Of a stretch of 64,000 bases of DNA, positions 47,911 through 61,617 are shown in pieces. Source of the DNA: Macrostomum lignano (taxonomy: Eukaryota); the NCBI GenBank assembly GCA_002269645.1, contig NIVC01001315.1:1-64000 (forward strand), in the 5' to 3' direction. Numbering within the stretch: position 1 is the stretch's first letter; every line of letters begins with the position of its first letter. Below the pieces are notes generated by a model. The model saw only the letters and a list, made by a program, of their open reading frames with translations, searched no databases and was not told where the DNA came from. Position numbers and translations under genes: made by a program.

Positions 47911-50212
47911 ACTCTGGGAGTTCATAAGTTAGGAATTCGGGGTTGGGTTGCAAAGGTTGGATTTGCGGGATTAAGAATGAGTGGGAGTGCATTTTGAGCT
48001 CATTCAAATACTGCAGGCTTTATAAAATGTCAGCAGCCCACGGACTGGTCTCACTCGGCCGGGAGTTGAGCAAAGCCAGACAGGTAGGAAACCCGCTGGG
48101 CCGTTTTTGTTGCACGCAAGCCCTGAATATTGAACGTGCGCGAGGCAGCGGGACACGAGGCGAAGCAATAATTGAAAAGCGAGCTGAATTAAGCAAATTC
48201 CCGCTCGGCTCGGCAATCCGCGGGGAGTGGGGCGGCCAGGACAGCAGCCAAACAAAGATAATGGCATCGCAAAGTTGACATTGGCCATGAAAGCTTTAAT
48301 CCATCAATGTTCCTCCTCCCAACCCCAAGCTTCAGTGCCCCGCGGCAGACGCCGCATGAGCCAGCAAGCCCGAAAGCAGAAACAGGGCGAAGGCGGGGAG
48401 GCGGACGGCAAAAAACTGCCCGCGCGACAGCTCACGGGGCGGGCAAGGCGGGAACTGCGGGAGAGAATTCCATGAAGGAAAAAAGCATCAGAAAGTAGAA
48501 AAAGAGAAAGAAACGGAGACACCAAGTCTGCGCTGAGGCACGGCTGGATTCCACGCCCGGCCCAGTTCTCAGTTCAGCCCGGATCCCGCAAGTTCAAAAG
48601 GCGCAGGCACACGGGCCGGGCGGTGTGCATTCAGTGCCATTGATTACTCAGTCGGCGCCGCGCGCCACCGTTCGCCATCGCCACCGCAGTTTCAAAATCT
48701 GCTGCAAAATCGCCACTCCGGAGGGGGGGTTGGGGCGGCCTTGAAACACTAGCACAGTCACGTGACCGACGCCATGATGATGAGGAGGAGGAAGAAAAGG
48801 ATTCAGGGGATGGAAAGGGAGAAGGCAGTGGGTAGGAGGCTGCAGCGTATCAATGCGCCCGTGAGGCCCAGTTCACACACCGATTATTCCCTTTCATTAT
48901 CAATCCCACTCAAGTGTAGCAGCTGTACTTGGCAGAATCCTCACCATCCCCTTCCGCATCTTGAAAGAAGTTTTCCCCAACAGCCACGGCTCAAAAAACT
49001 CCCCATGTATGCTCGTATGAATGGGAGACGTGTCCACCGAGACACACCGGAAGTACTAAATTCGATTGGTGTAGTTTTTGCGGACATGGGAGCTACAGGT
49101 TAAGCAGAGCTGGCCGCGGTTAGTACGCAGTTACAACTTAAGTGACCCTGAGCTCAGCCTCAGAGATAACCAGTCTTGGCACTGTACAAGCTGCGCCGTG
49201 TCATTGCAGCGGCTGTGCGATCTGCCATGTCTAAATTATATTCTTTGCTTGCTTAAATCGCGAACCATTCTGAGAATTTTGATGGCTTTTTTTCAAGATG
49301 AATTTTCTATTTATCTCGAGTAGCTGAGCTCCCGAGTTCCAACAACTTGGCTTCCTGAAACAGCAGGGCGCGGCACTCTCCCACGCACCAGCAAGGCGGG
49401 CCGAGTCCCGCACACAAGGAGGATGCAGAATAATAAACCCGGCCAGTGAAACAAATATCCCCGAGATGACAAAATCCGGGCTGAGTAGGAAAGCGAGTTG
49501 GTCAGTCAGTCAGCTTTGTAAGCATGGGGTGAGGAGATGAGGGTAACGACGGGATGGAGCGCAGCGTTCCCTACTCTCTCCTGTCCTTTACCCCTGCGAA
49601 AACAAACCGAAGGGACTTCGCCCCCCCCCATTAGCGGCGGAGACTGGGTGCCAATCAGCACGGCGGCTACAATAAGCTGCGCACCGCAATATGCAAAAAT
49701 TCATTACCGGAGGCCGGCTGCAGATCTATGCGGCCAGAAATCCCGGCTGGTCGGCCAGCCAGCCAGGAGAAAGTTGCGAGCAGAAGTGAGCAAACACGCA
49801 CTGGGGTGGGCCCGACCCGACCCCGGCCCACCAGCTCACCTGAGAGGCAGGGAGAGGGGAAATACAGCGCCCGGGGCAAAATCCCCATCTATCTAAAATC
49901 AATCCATCAGCCTGTCTTTTACTATCCGCAGGTATTTTCTCGCCATTTTTCCTTTCTCCACCCGCAGCAACTCCCTCAGGTGGGCCCCGGCGAGGCCAAG
50001 AAGCTGCACAAGAGCTGCGGCTCGCGGTCGGTAACGCAACCGGGAGCCGCGGCACTGACTCGGGAAAAAAGTGAAAAGCCGGCGCAAGGGGGAAATCGAT
50101 GCGGCATCGGTGGCGGAGACGAGAGGAGCTCAGCTAGGATGATCCCGACCTGGGCCAAGCTCTCCATCCAAACTGAGCAAGCTCTGCGATTCGATCTTAA
50201 TTTCTATCAGGT

Positions 50213-50697
50213 GCTCTGCTCAGTGGGAACTGGCTGGGACTGACTCTCAGATGGCTAGTGCTCTGCTCAGTGGGAACTGGGACTGACTCTGAGATGGCTA
50301 GTGCTCTGCTCAGTGGGAAATGGGACTGACTCTGAGATGGCTAGTGCTCTGCTCAGTGGGAAATGGGACTGATTCTGAGATGGCTAGTGCTCTGCTCAGT
50401 GGGAACTGGGACTGACTCCGAGATAGCTAGTGCTCTGCTCAGTGAGAACTGGCTGGGACTGACTCTCAGATGGCTAGTGCTCTGCTCAGTGAGAACTGGG
50501 ACTGACTCTGAGATAGCCAGTGCTCTGCTCAGTGAGAACTGGGACTGACTCTGAGATAGCCAGTGCTCTGCTCAGTGGGAACTGGCTGGGACTGACTCTG
50601 AGATGGCTAGTGCTCTGCTCAGTGAGAACTGGGACTGACTCTGAGATGGCTGGTGCTCTGCTCAGTGGGAACTGGGACTGACTCTGAGATGGCTAGC
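50213..50697. repeat. ~41-45-bp minisatellite (gtgctctgctcagtgggaactgggactgactctgagatggcta)
   Basis: Direct reading. Confidence 0.92.
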
Positions 50698-52084
50698 CCG
50701 CTCACGAGCTCATGGTTCTCTATTCTCTGGTTCTCTGAACCAACTGGATAGATGACGGCTAGCAGCGGAAATGGCTTGCTTTTAAATCTCCAGAGCCTAA
50801 ATGAAAAAATGAATGCCCAGCCAGTTTATGAAGTTGCACTAGAGCTGCACCGCATGGAATGCACTGCTGAGTAATACCGCCAACCGACCTAGGATCTGCT
50901 GCATAATCCGTCCCGCTGCGGACTCTGCAATCTCAGCCTCACTTTCCCGACAAACAAATCCTCAAATCTGCTTGCTAGCTCCCCTCCAATACCTTGGGGG
51001 AGCGGCTCAATCTTAATGGTTGCGACATCAATTTCTGAGCGCGCTCCGCGACACCACCAGCCACTCCGGCCTCGACCTCGGCACCCGGGATCAGCCAGGG
51101 CCCTCCGGCAGTCCTGAGCCGAGCCCCCTCATCCGCCAAGCCAGAACGCCGCCTCCCAAGAATCTATCCTTGCCCCTAGAAGAGGGCGGTCTGCTGCCAG
51201 GCAGACAGTTGAGAACTGATTAATGACGACAATTTCTGCCGTTCCTTTCTCTCTCTTGCTCTCACTCTGAAAAATTGACCGGTTTCTGGCGGAGCGAGCG
51301 CGCCGCAGTAAAGATTGCTCCTCGCTCCTCCCGCCTCTGTCTAAGCAGAAAATCGATCAATAGAAAAGGGTGAAAAAAGAACTGAAGGCGGCCGGCTTGC
51401 TTTTTTCTTATTTCTGCCTCTCGCCCAGCCAGCCAGCATCCAGCGCCACATTTCTCCTCATCCACGCCAATTCCTGCTTCAGCAGGCACAGCCAGTGCAG
51501 GAGAAGTGAAAAGGCGATTCGGTGTTAATTTTAGCGAGAAGCCGCCGCCCGTGCCAAACAAAAAAGAGGTAGGTTCCGATAAATAAACACGACTCAAAAT
51601 TTGAGTAGTCACTCGAAATCCTCTTATCGATGCTAAAATCTTGTCGCCGATTGGAAATAAAATTTCGAGAATTAAATCAGATTCAAAGGAAAAAAGCACT
51701 TAAATTTCCGCTGTTCATGGCGAAAGCAATTATCTGATAGCGGAGATCTCCGCATTGTCATCTGCACTGACTGGACACCCTGAGAGCTAAACGGCCTGAT
51801 CGATAAGAGCATCTCCGCATTCAGTGCTGGCCGGGCGGAGGCGGGGCAAAAAGTGCATCCAAGCCGCTAGGAATTAAATTGTAGCGGATGCGACCGACAC
51901 CCCAAGCCGAGCGCGCCCTGTCCAACTCCATTAGGGCGGAGAATTCGTGTGGCCTTCCAGCAACCAAGCTAAGCCATTAAAGCAAGCAGATTTGCCGTGT
52001 GGAGTCTCGCTACTCTGCGATAAAGCACCAAAATACACAGCACTAAACTGCCATTAGATTCTTAGATTAGTCGCTGAATTTCGA

Positions 52085-52476
52085 CAATCCGGCAGAGGAC
52101 TGACCGAGTCTCATCATACTGGCTGAGATTCCGCACGACAATCCGGCAGAGGACTGACAGTGACCGAGGCTCATCATACTGACTGAGATTCCGCACGACA
52201 ATCCGGCAGAGGACTGACAGTGACCGAGGCTGATCATACTGACTGAGATTCCGCACGACAATCCGGCAGAGGACTGACCGAGTCTCATCATACTGACAGA
52301 GATTCCGCACGACAATCTGGCAGAGGACTGACAGTGACCGAGGCTGATCATACTGACTGAGATTCCGCACGACAATCCGGCAGAGGACTGACCGAGTCTT
52401 ATCATACTGACTGAGATTCCGCACGACAATCCGGCAGAGATTGACCGAGTCTTATCATGCTGACTGAGATTCCGCA
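52085..52476. repeat. Alternating ~54/60-bp tandem repeat
   Basis: gacaatccggcagaggactgac...atactgactgagattccgcac units. Confidence 0.9.
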
Positions 52477-55400
52477 GTCTACAGATGGCGGCCCGTGCTC
52501 AGGGTTGAGTCAAGACAAGGCGGCAAGAGAAAGTAGAAAGCCATGCAGGGACTCAAGTGAGGGGGAACACGCGCACGGCCAGGTTAACAAGGATTAGAGT
52601 CACAACAAAAAAGCTTGGGGGAGAGCATTCTGCACCAGCGCCCCTCGCAGTCTGTTCTCTACCTGAGCTCCTTCAGAATCGGGGCTCAGAGAAAGCTGGC
52701 GCTGTGGGTCTTTAATAGCGGAAGCCGGGCGACCGCAGCTGATGGAGCCGCACCGGAGGTGACTGGCGGAGGCCCTCCGCGCCAGGAAGCCGAGCCCGGC
52801 GGGCCGGAGGGAGCATAAGGGGAAAGAGGGTCCTGCACCAACTTTTGCCTTTGGAGGGAAGCGCCAGACAGGGGGAAGGGGAGGGCCAAGAGGGGAGCAG
52901 GCAAGACATAGAGGGCAAGAAAGGGAGGAAGAGATGAAGAGGAAGGGGAGAAATAGAAGTTGGGGCCAGCAATTTTAATCACATCCGTTGGGGGGGGGGC
53001 AGCCGGGATGGGGGAACACGAAAGAACCCGGCAGTAAAGAGAATGATTTCGATGAGGCACTAATCCAGCAAACTCTGCTGGGGCGGGGATCGGGGCGGGC
53101 TGGATTAAATTGAGAACAGACCAGCGATGAAGGGAAACATGGGAAAGAGGCCAAGAGGCAGACAGGCCAGGCAAAATAAACAAACTAAACAAGCAAAGTG
53201 CAAACAGGCGGTCCCGCAACTCAGAGTGACGCAATCTGCCAACAACTGCTCCGCGTCTCGACTTCCAGCTCAAGAAACTGGCGATCGGCCGCGAAAGATG
53301 GAGGGCTGAGCGAAGGAAAAAATTTGGTCGGGTTGGGATCGATTGGCTCTCCCCAAAGCAGCAGTCTTGACTTCCCCCAGACTCTGGCAGTAAGAAATGG
53401 GATCCTCTTGACCTGGAGCAGAAATTTTGCCTTTTCACTTGCCAAAAACGCTCAAGGAGGGCGGCCGCTGCAAGATAGAAAAAGATAACCGAGACAGAGG
53501 TCAGGCTTGAGGGGAATAGGCGGAGACAGGCGGAGCAGGGCCAGGCGAGTACAGGATGTGTGCAGTGCACAGAGGATCGGCTGACAAACCAGATAGCGCC
53601 ATGTGCAGTACTGTACGTGGCAAGGCTGTACACATAACTCCATGCTCAATAGCGAGTGGTTCATCGGGACCAGGGGGTCAAGGCCCTCTTCCATTGAGAC
53701 TAAACGATGAGGAAGTGAAATTCGGCTCGAGTCTCAGCCTGAAAACTGACAGGTCAGGCTTGGAGCTTTGGCGATGGGGAACTCAGAAACAACAGAACGC
53801 AAGAGAACTTCTCCTGACTCTTTCCAACTTATTTATCGGGAAACTCTATCCGTCCCTTGTGTCTTACATAAGGTGTAATAATATTAATAATAATATTAAT
53901 TGAGAGGAGCAGCCGAAGTCAGCTGCGTGCACAGCTAGGCAAGAAAACATTCCATCCTCTGTTCCCCACAACAGAAGATAAGGAGAGCTATCATCCTACG
54001 TGGCGCGCAGTTCGTGAGGCAGTTGGGCTTTCAGTCGCCAAGACTCAGCGCTGGCGAGTGCAGAGGCCGCTAACCTACATAACAGCTGTGCTATCTGCGC
54101 TGGTGACGATTCTAACAAGCTGAATGATTGGGCGACTTGGCGGCTAATTTTCATTTTTGTTTCGAGTCACCACGGTCTGCGAGAGACCAAAATTTCACAG
54201 CGACTTGTTAAACTGAAAGAAACCCAGTCACCAGCACAAGTAGCGATTGCCTGTCTGTCTGTCAAGCAAGCAGTCCAGTGCATTCGCGGAGACGAACGGG
54301 CGGTCGAGACCCGCCCACGGAGGAAGAAGGGAAAAACTGAGACTAAAAAGTTCACACGATTGGATAAGGATCTGGCAGCAGGATATACAGTGCTCGTCCC
54401 CGCCAATGTCTCCAGTCACATTGCCAGTCTATCTATCTGCTAATTTAAAGCACCGTGAGTAAGCAGCTCAGCAAGTTCCAGTACGTTTCAGTCGATTTTC
54501 TTTAAATCTTTCACTGCACAGACCCAGATAGTTCATGCTGCCGATTCAATATCGCTCTGGCTGTTCAATGTGGCAACCCGCATGCAGATGCTGAGAAATC
54601 GGGGGGTTTTGGACCGCGAGCCGCCTGGCGCTGGTGCGGGAAGGCGCAGCAAAAGCGGCACAGCGGTCAGAGATTAGCCAGCAAGGCTACAGAGCAGCAT
54701 TCAAGCATCAAGGCTATTCTCAAGCTTCGTGCTTTGCGCAGCGCATGCCTCATAGCCAGCTAAGCTAGCCGGAGTATTGCACATCAAAAGGCTAGCCTGT
54801 GCATAGAAAGCCCCTGACAATACAAAGAATAAGAAGACCTATGCGTAGATGAAGAAGAATGAAGAAAAGGATAGAAAGACAAAGGCGGGGCTGAGTCAGT
54901 TTATACCTTGGCGAGCACAAGCAGAAGGGCTGGACAATTTTTGCCTCACTTAATTATTGATTTCTCCGCCAGCCAAGCCCTTCTACCCGTCTCCTAGAGG
55001 CTGCAGTCAAGCAAGAACCGGGGGGGGGGGCAAATAAAATATAATAATGGCAATAAAGCATCCGCAGCGACCTCTTGCGCGCCAGCGAGCTGCATTCTGA
55101 GGCCTCAGTGTGAGCTCCTCCCCGAGTCCCGTGACTTCGGGGGTGGAGAACCGAGAGGGGGGTAAGATTGAAGCAGCAGAGCCGGAGCTTCGGTATGAAT
55201 ACATCACCCCAGTTATGCATCGGCGCGCTCATCGACCGGGCGCAAGAGACAATCTTCTTTATTTCTGATTTTCTTCATCATTCACTCCCAGCTGAGGGAA
55301 TCGCATAAAATACAAGCCGCAGCTCAGCTCCTCGGAGGAACTCCATTGCAAAATATATAGCATCTTTGATTGCCTACGGAAGAGAAACTGCTGGAATATC

Positions 55401-58094
55401 GGCATTACACGGGGAGTAGATGTCTGGAGTCGGCAATCCTCAGGCTGAGATTGTCTCCATATTGATAAACAGTGTTGCCGTTTATGGCCTCTGTCTGAGG
55501 GCGAGCCCGCTCATCCGATCATGGCTGGCTAGCGATAAATTTACCCAGCAGGATAAGGCGGTGACCAGGAAGACGTGACGGACGGAATGACCCCGCGGCT
55601 CTTGCGCGCAAGCAAGGAGAAAGAATTTGACGGCTTTCAAATAACACATAAGATTAACTGCGGGCCCGGCTAAGCAGCTGGACTGTCGATTCTCTCAGCC
55701 GGAACCGACAAGACGAAACAACCGAGCGGCGAACAAAGCCATTCGAGCACGAAGCAGGCGTACTCTTTTTCCTAGCAAGAAGTTGTCCTTCGGGAGCGGC
55801 TGGGTATTTCCCTCAATGCATCTCATATCACGCGCAAGCGAGAATATAAAAGGAGGCGCTTTGTAATTGCAGCTTTGGGAACTTTGAATTAATAGGGAAT
55901 GCGAGGGGCTCGGGAACGGGTGAGGAAGATAAAGGGGACTGAAGAGACTGGCTTGGTCTGGATGCCTAATGGGCAGATACTCCAAAGCTACTCCACACTG
56001 CCTCTCCCCGAGGCCGTAGTATGCAGAATTAACTGCCCGAGCTGCCGTATAATTATAAACTGATACAGGGGAGGACAGGCATGGGGAAGGGATAGATAGA
56101 TGGGCGCTCATCTCAGCTCAGGTGGAGAGCGCCGGTGACTGACTCAGTGACTTAGTCAGGCATCGACACGGGGCAGGTATGCCGAGTAATCTAGCCAGAT
56201 ACATGAGCACGAACTAACGCCTGCCCACGGTCGGTCAATCAGATGGACATGCAGTCCATAGCCAAATTGCATAACAGACTGGGCAACTGGCATTAGAAAA
56301 CAACAAGGCAGGCAAGCAGCATTTATCAATTAGCTTCACGGAGAGATTTTTCGGTTACTGTTGGTCCTTATCTCGAATCCAGATCTGGCAGTTTTCAGTT
56401 GCTCGACTCAATTATTTCGCTTCTTGATTGTTCCTCTGCTGCTGCCAAGCGGAACTGCTCAGTAAGCAGAGACTGCGCCACAGGAACGAAGGCCAGCAGC
56501 CGATTGAAAATGAGACTGCTCAAGAATGGGAGAAACGGTTGCGACAGGTGCTACCGGGACGCGGGGAGGACGCAGGATGGCCCTGGGTCAACACTGCATG
56601 CGTGGCGAAGCAAGTCCCCCCCCCGGCCTTCTCGGCGCACGCAATCTGAGCCTCTGCACAGCGGAAGACGGGCAGAGCGCGAGAGGAAGCCGCAGCCTCC
56701 GCCCCGCTTCATCCCCGACTGATCAGGCGGGCGGCGGAGTGCAAAACTCCCAGTGTGGGAGAATAAAACTACATTTTAATTATTGGCCAGTGACAGCTGA
56801 ATCAGCGGGAGAGATGGATGGCAGATCTGATGAGGGATTGCGATGCTGCCTAGGAATTGTCTGCCCGCTATCTCATTTCGCAGTGCAGGCAGAGCATCGG
56901 GCGGCTCTCCATAGCAGGCGCTGAGGCGAGAATTGGGACAAACAAGGCGAATGGCGCGTCAGTTTGCCGGGCTGTGGGGACTGCGATTTGATCCGCCACC
57001 AGCTTGCCGACCCCCAGGCGCCTGTATTTGTCTTTAATTTTGTCGATCGGTCTAAAAGCAGAGGAAGAGACCCCTCGCCCGCTGTTTGTTTGCCCGCGGC
57101 TCTGCTGGCACGGGGGCAGGAGATGGGATGGGAAGAGCCGAGTGGAGGACAGCGGCAAGTGAAGTGTTGAGGCGGAGCAGTCAGCCGAATGCAGCAGAGT
57201 AGGGGGGGGGGCATGGCATGAGCAACAAGCTTAAAGTTCTTAGAAAGGGATTTGGGAGCGAAGGAGGGGGACAAAGCGGCCAAGATAAAGGAATCCGCTG
57301 AGCTGCATCCGGGCAGTCAGTCCCGCCAAAGCCATACATCGCATAATATTGACTATCCTGCGGCTTCAAATTTGAACTTCTTTCTACTTCGCCCCCGCCA
57401 GCGCCGACCCCGACCTCGAAAAGCCATCAAGCGGCTCCGCCCTTTCAAAAACTGCTCCCGCAATTTATGCAAATGCTCCTAGCCGGGCTACTCCAGGCTC
57501 ACCTATCCTTCTCTTCTTAGCGCCCTTGAGGGCGCGAGCAAAGTGATAAAGCTGAGAAAATCGGAAACAGAGCGGCTTGGGGATGGAGTTTCTGGCCCCT
57601 ACTCAAACTCCCGGACTGCCGGCTTGGAGAGGAAATGAGATTGAGGCAGCGAAGACAGGAGAAGCCCTGAGGCTCACAGAGTGCAAGGCAGTCAGGATCT
57701 TTTGTAACCCCCTGCCACTGACTGGTCTGTCAGAGCTCAGTGCCTGGCCATCGTTTTAATAAACGGGCAAAATGGCTGCCCGAGCAGCCGCGGGCCACTC
57801 CGGAATAAAAGTGTGCGCCACGCTTTATTGGCATTCTCTCCCGGGGGCAGCAAACAGCACTTCAGGGCGAGGAAATCACCGCGACCTGAAAATATCCACA
57901 ATTAACGGCGCTGGTGACCGACCCGCTGAGCACTGCGACACCCTTGCAGAGCCAGGCAATCAGCTTAGAGCGGAGTATTAAACTGTGTAGCTTTTAGCGT
58001 GATGCATTAATGTCACTGTACCATAAAAATATGGGCTGGCTCTGAAAGCTGGGACTGCCTAGCTGGTACATGCATGACTCTGTGACTAGTTGGG

Positions 58095-58275
58095 ACTGCT
58101 GACCCCCACGAAAAGTTAGGGCTGCTGACCCTAAAAACAGGTGGGACTGCTGACCCCCACGAAAAGTTAGGGCTGCTGACCCCAAAAACAGTTGGGACTG
58201 CTGACCCCATGAACAGTTGGGATGGCTGACCAGTAACCGCATGCTGATCCCGTGAACAGTTGGAACTGCTGACCA
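58095..58275. repeat. Short degenerate repeat (gggactgctgacccc...)
   Basis: Direct reading. Confidence 0.7.
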
Positions 58276-60739
58276 GTGACTACAGTTATAAACAGATATT
58301 AAAAACTCACAGCCAGATAACAAAAAGCTTGCAGCTCGGAAGCCTCGGGAGAACAGAAAGCCGACGGTCCTCACTCAGTTTCCATTGCAGAGGCAAACAA
58401 TCAGTCCCGTGTTAGTCAAATAAATTTGCATTTGCTCGCAGAAATTTTTATACCACTTCTTTAGCGCTGAGAGACCAGCAGTGACACAGAAGTATATATA
58501 AAAATGAATATATGGGAATTGTACAAAATGAGGGGAGGGAGATTTTGCAGCTCACAGCAGCGAATGGGGAATTGGTTGGGGGAGCGGGGCAAATGGGACT
58601 TGATGGAATTGATGCTGCAGCTCAGTCTCTCTCTTTTCCTCTCAGCTCGCTGCAACTCACAGCGTCAGCAACCAAGATAAGGTGATACGGAGCGCCGCCT
58701 CTGTAACTCTTTACTACCCTATCGCAGAGGCCCTGCCGCCCTTCCCCCATCTCTCTCACTCGATTACATTAAAGCCCTCCTCCTTCCTTTCTCCCCACTG
58801 GTCTCACAGTGCTCAGCCAACCCTTCTCCGCCTTCCAGGCTGCACCCGACAGGGGCTATTACTAACAACTGGCTGGGTTGAGCGAAGACAGGGGGGGGGG
58901 GGGCGGAGAGTGCAGCCAGGGACAAATGGCGGAGGTGGACACCCGCTGGCAGCCAATGGCGAGGCCGCGTAGCCCAAAAAAGCTGCACCGTCTCCGCTGC
59001 CTGCCTCGCACCCCACAAACCGGGCCCGCCAAAAGCTCTTTCAATGCCTTTTGCATTCTTCGAAGAAAAACGGAGACAGAATCTACAGAAAAATAAGCGA
59101 GCCAGTCGGACAGATGACTGACGGACACCGAGCCGATGGACACGGGGAGCCTCCCGTCTGTCCAGGCACGCCGAGCACCCCTTGCAAATTGGAGCCTGGG
59201 CCAGAGGGAGAAGGGAAAAGAAGCCACCAGGAAAGGCGACCGGAGTGAGGAAGGCCTGAGGAGGGCAGGAGCAGCCGAGGCCTTCACGCATCCGATAGAG
59301 AGGCAGATGAAAGGCAGGAGGAGGCGGGACGTGTCGAGTCGGCCGCAACTTCGCAGAGACCCGGGGGACAGAGAAATAGTGAGGGGAGACATCAAGTGTG
59401 ATGCTCGTCACACACAGGGAGATGAAGGAGCTCATCCCGGAGTCTTGGGAGAGAAACTGGGAGACAGCAAGGAGGCGCAGAGTAGTATTTGCGGATCGCA
59501 ACCCCGGCCCGGGCGATCTCGAGGTCGGGCCGTTGGGAAGCGAAGACTCGAATGAGGCAAGTGGGAAGCCGACAGCTGAGAGGCGCGGCCACAACTTAGT
59601 GACGCCACTGGCACCAGATCGCCAGAGGCTGTGCAGAGCCGGGCAGAAACAAGAGAAGCAAGAGTGCGATGGAGCATCACGAGAGGCTGGAAGGCGACTC
59701 GCACACACAAGATTGCAATCTAGGCTTGGCTGCGGGCCAGCCAGTCAGACTCATTAAAGCACGCACTGGCGCACTGAGAGAAGGCGGGTGCCAGCCCAGC
59801 AACAGGCTTCACTTGTTGAGGCAACTCTTCAAGCTGCAATATCCTCTGTGTCTCCGGGCGGGAGTTTCTGCGCCAGTTCACACGACAGCCTCATGCTACG
59901 GGTGGAACCGTAGAGCACACTGCTGCAGCTTCCTGCAGCCCAGAGTCAGTTTTTTTCACCGAGCATTCAACTGGCATGCGCCGGAGAACAGAGGCGCAGC
60001 CCAGCCCGACCTGGGTTCAATTCCAGGTCGATTTTTCCAGACTGCGAGCTCATGGGTCAGCGGAATAGTTATCACTGTTGCCTCCTTTTGCTAGCTGCGA
60101 GTCTGCTGTGCCCCACCAGAGTCCACCCTGCTCAGGTATGCGCCCTGCCTCCCGAAGCTATTAACCAACTAGCAGCAAACAATTGGTTCACTAATTAAGA
60201 GGCGAAGAAGAACAATGCGACAGCTCAATGTTGGCCAAAAAAGCCGTTAAAACACGGAGGCGCAAGTGAAAGCCGCTTTCTACCAGAAGCAGAGTCTGCA
60301 GAAAAAATACGCTGCACTTGTAAAACCCAACACGCCGGAGTGCCAGAAGTTGCACTGAGGCCGGCGCCGCCTTATGCTAGGCAAAATAATGGAAAGTTGC
60401 GGACTTGCCGGCCGACTCTGGCTAGCGGTGAAGGCAGAAAATAAATAAACTGCTTTCCATCAACCAGAGCAGCCGGCCCGCATTGATGTGCCGGCAAAAA
60501 AGCAGAAACAGCAAATCAAGAAAGCCATGGCAAGAGTGCTGATGGGGAAATTGCTGCTATTTATTGGATAATGAAATTCGTTCAGCCGGCATCGCGTGCA
60601 GCGGCCGCATGCCGGTCTCAATGTCAAAGCCGCCATGGAAACCCGACTCGAACTCGGGGAGAAAAGTTGAAACACGAAAATTCACCGCGGCCCAAGAAGA
60701 GGCGAAAAGTTCTTTGAGAAAGAAGCACCGCCCCGGCCT

Positions 60740-61617
60740 CACAAAGTGAAAATTGATTCGTGTTTTCGTCTCTTCGAGCCGCCCCGCCAGAATGATTAAC
60801 AGGGCGCACAAAGTGAAAATTGATTCGTGTTTTCGTCTCTTCGAGCCGCCCCGCCAGAATGATTAACAGGGCGCACAAAGTGAAAATTGATTCGTGTTTT
60901 CGTCTCTTCGAGCCGCCCCGCCAGAATGATTAACAGGGCGCACAAAGTGAAAATTGATTCGTGTTTTCGTCTCTTCGAGCCGCCCCGCCAGAATGATTAA
61001 CAGGGCGCACAAAGTGAAAATTGATTCGTGTTTTCGTCTCTTCGAGCCGCCCCGCCAGAATGATTAACAGGGCGCACAAAGTGAAAATTGATTCGTGTTT
61101 TCGTCTCTTCGAGCCGCCCCGCCAGAATGATTAACAGGGCGCACAAAGTGAAAATTGATTCGTGTTTTCGTCTCTTCGAGCCGCCCCGCCAGAATGATTA
61201 ACAGGGCGCACAAAGTGAAAATTGATTCGTGTTTTCGTCTCTTCGAGCCGCCCCGCCAGAATGATTAACAGGGCGCACAAAGTGAAAATTGATTCGTGTT
61301 TTCGTCTCTTCGAGCCGCCCCGCCAGAATGATTAACAGGGCGCACAAAGTGAAAATTGATTCGTGTTTTCGTCTCTTCGAGCCGCCCCGCCAGAATGATT
61401 AACAGGGCGCACAAAGTGAAAATTGATTCGTGTTTTCGTCTCTTCGAGCCGCCCCGCCAGAATGATTAACAGGGCGCACAAAGTGAAAATTGATTCGTGT
61501 TTTCGTCTCTTCGAGCCGCCCCGCCAGAATGATTAACAGGGCGCACAAAGTGAAAATTGATTCGTGTTTTCGTCTCTTCGAGCCGCCCCGCCAGAATGAT
61601 TAACAGGGCGCACAAAG
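60740..61617. repeat. 67-bp tandem repeat, 13 apparently identical copies
   Basis: Units start at 60740, 60807, 60874 and onward to 61611. Confidence 0.95.

Noticed and set aside
52686-53633. 315-aa ORF (and the similar 58764-59708)
   Set aside because: No domain-like pattern, non-ATG or weak context, and codon usage unlike the real genes.
60740-61617. CRISPR-like array
   Set aside because: No spacers, no cas genes, and a eukaryotic context. The same applies to the 75-bp and 47-bp repeats.
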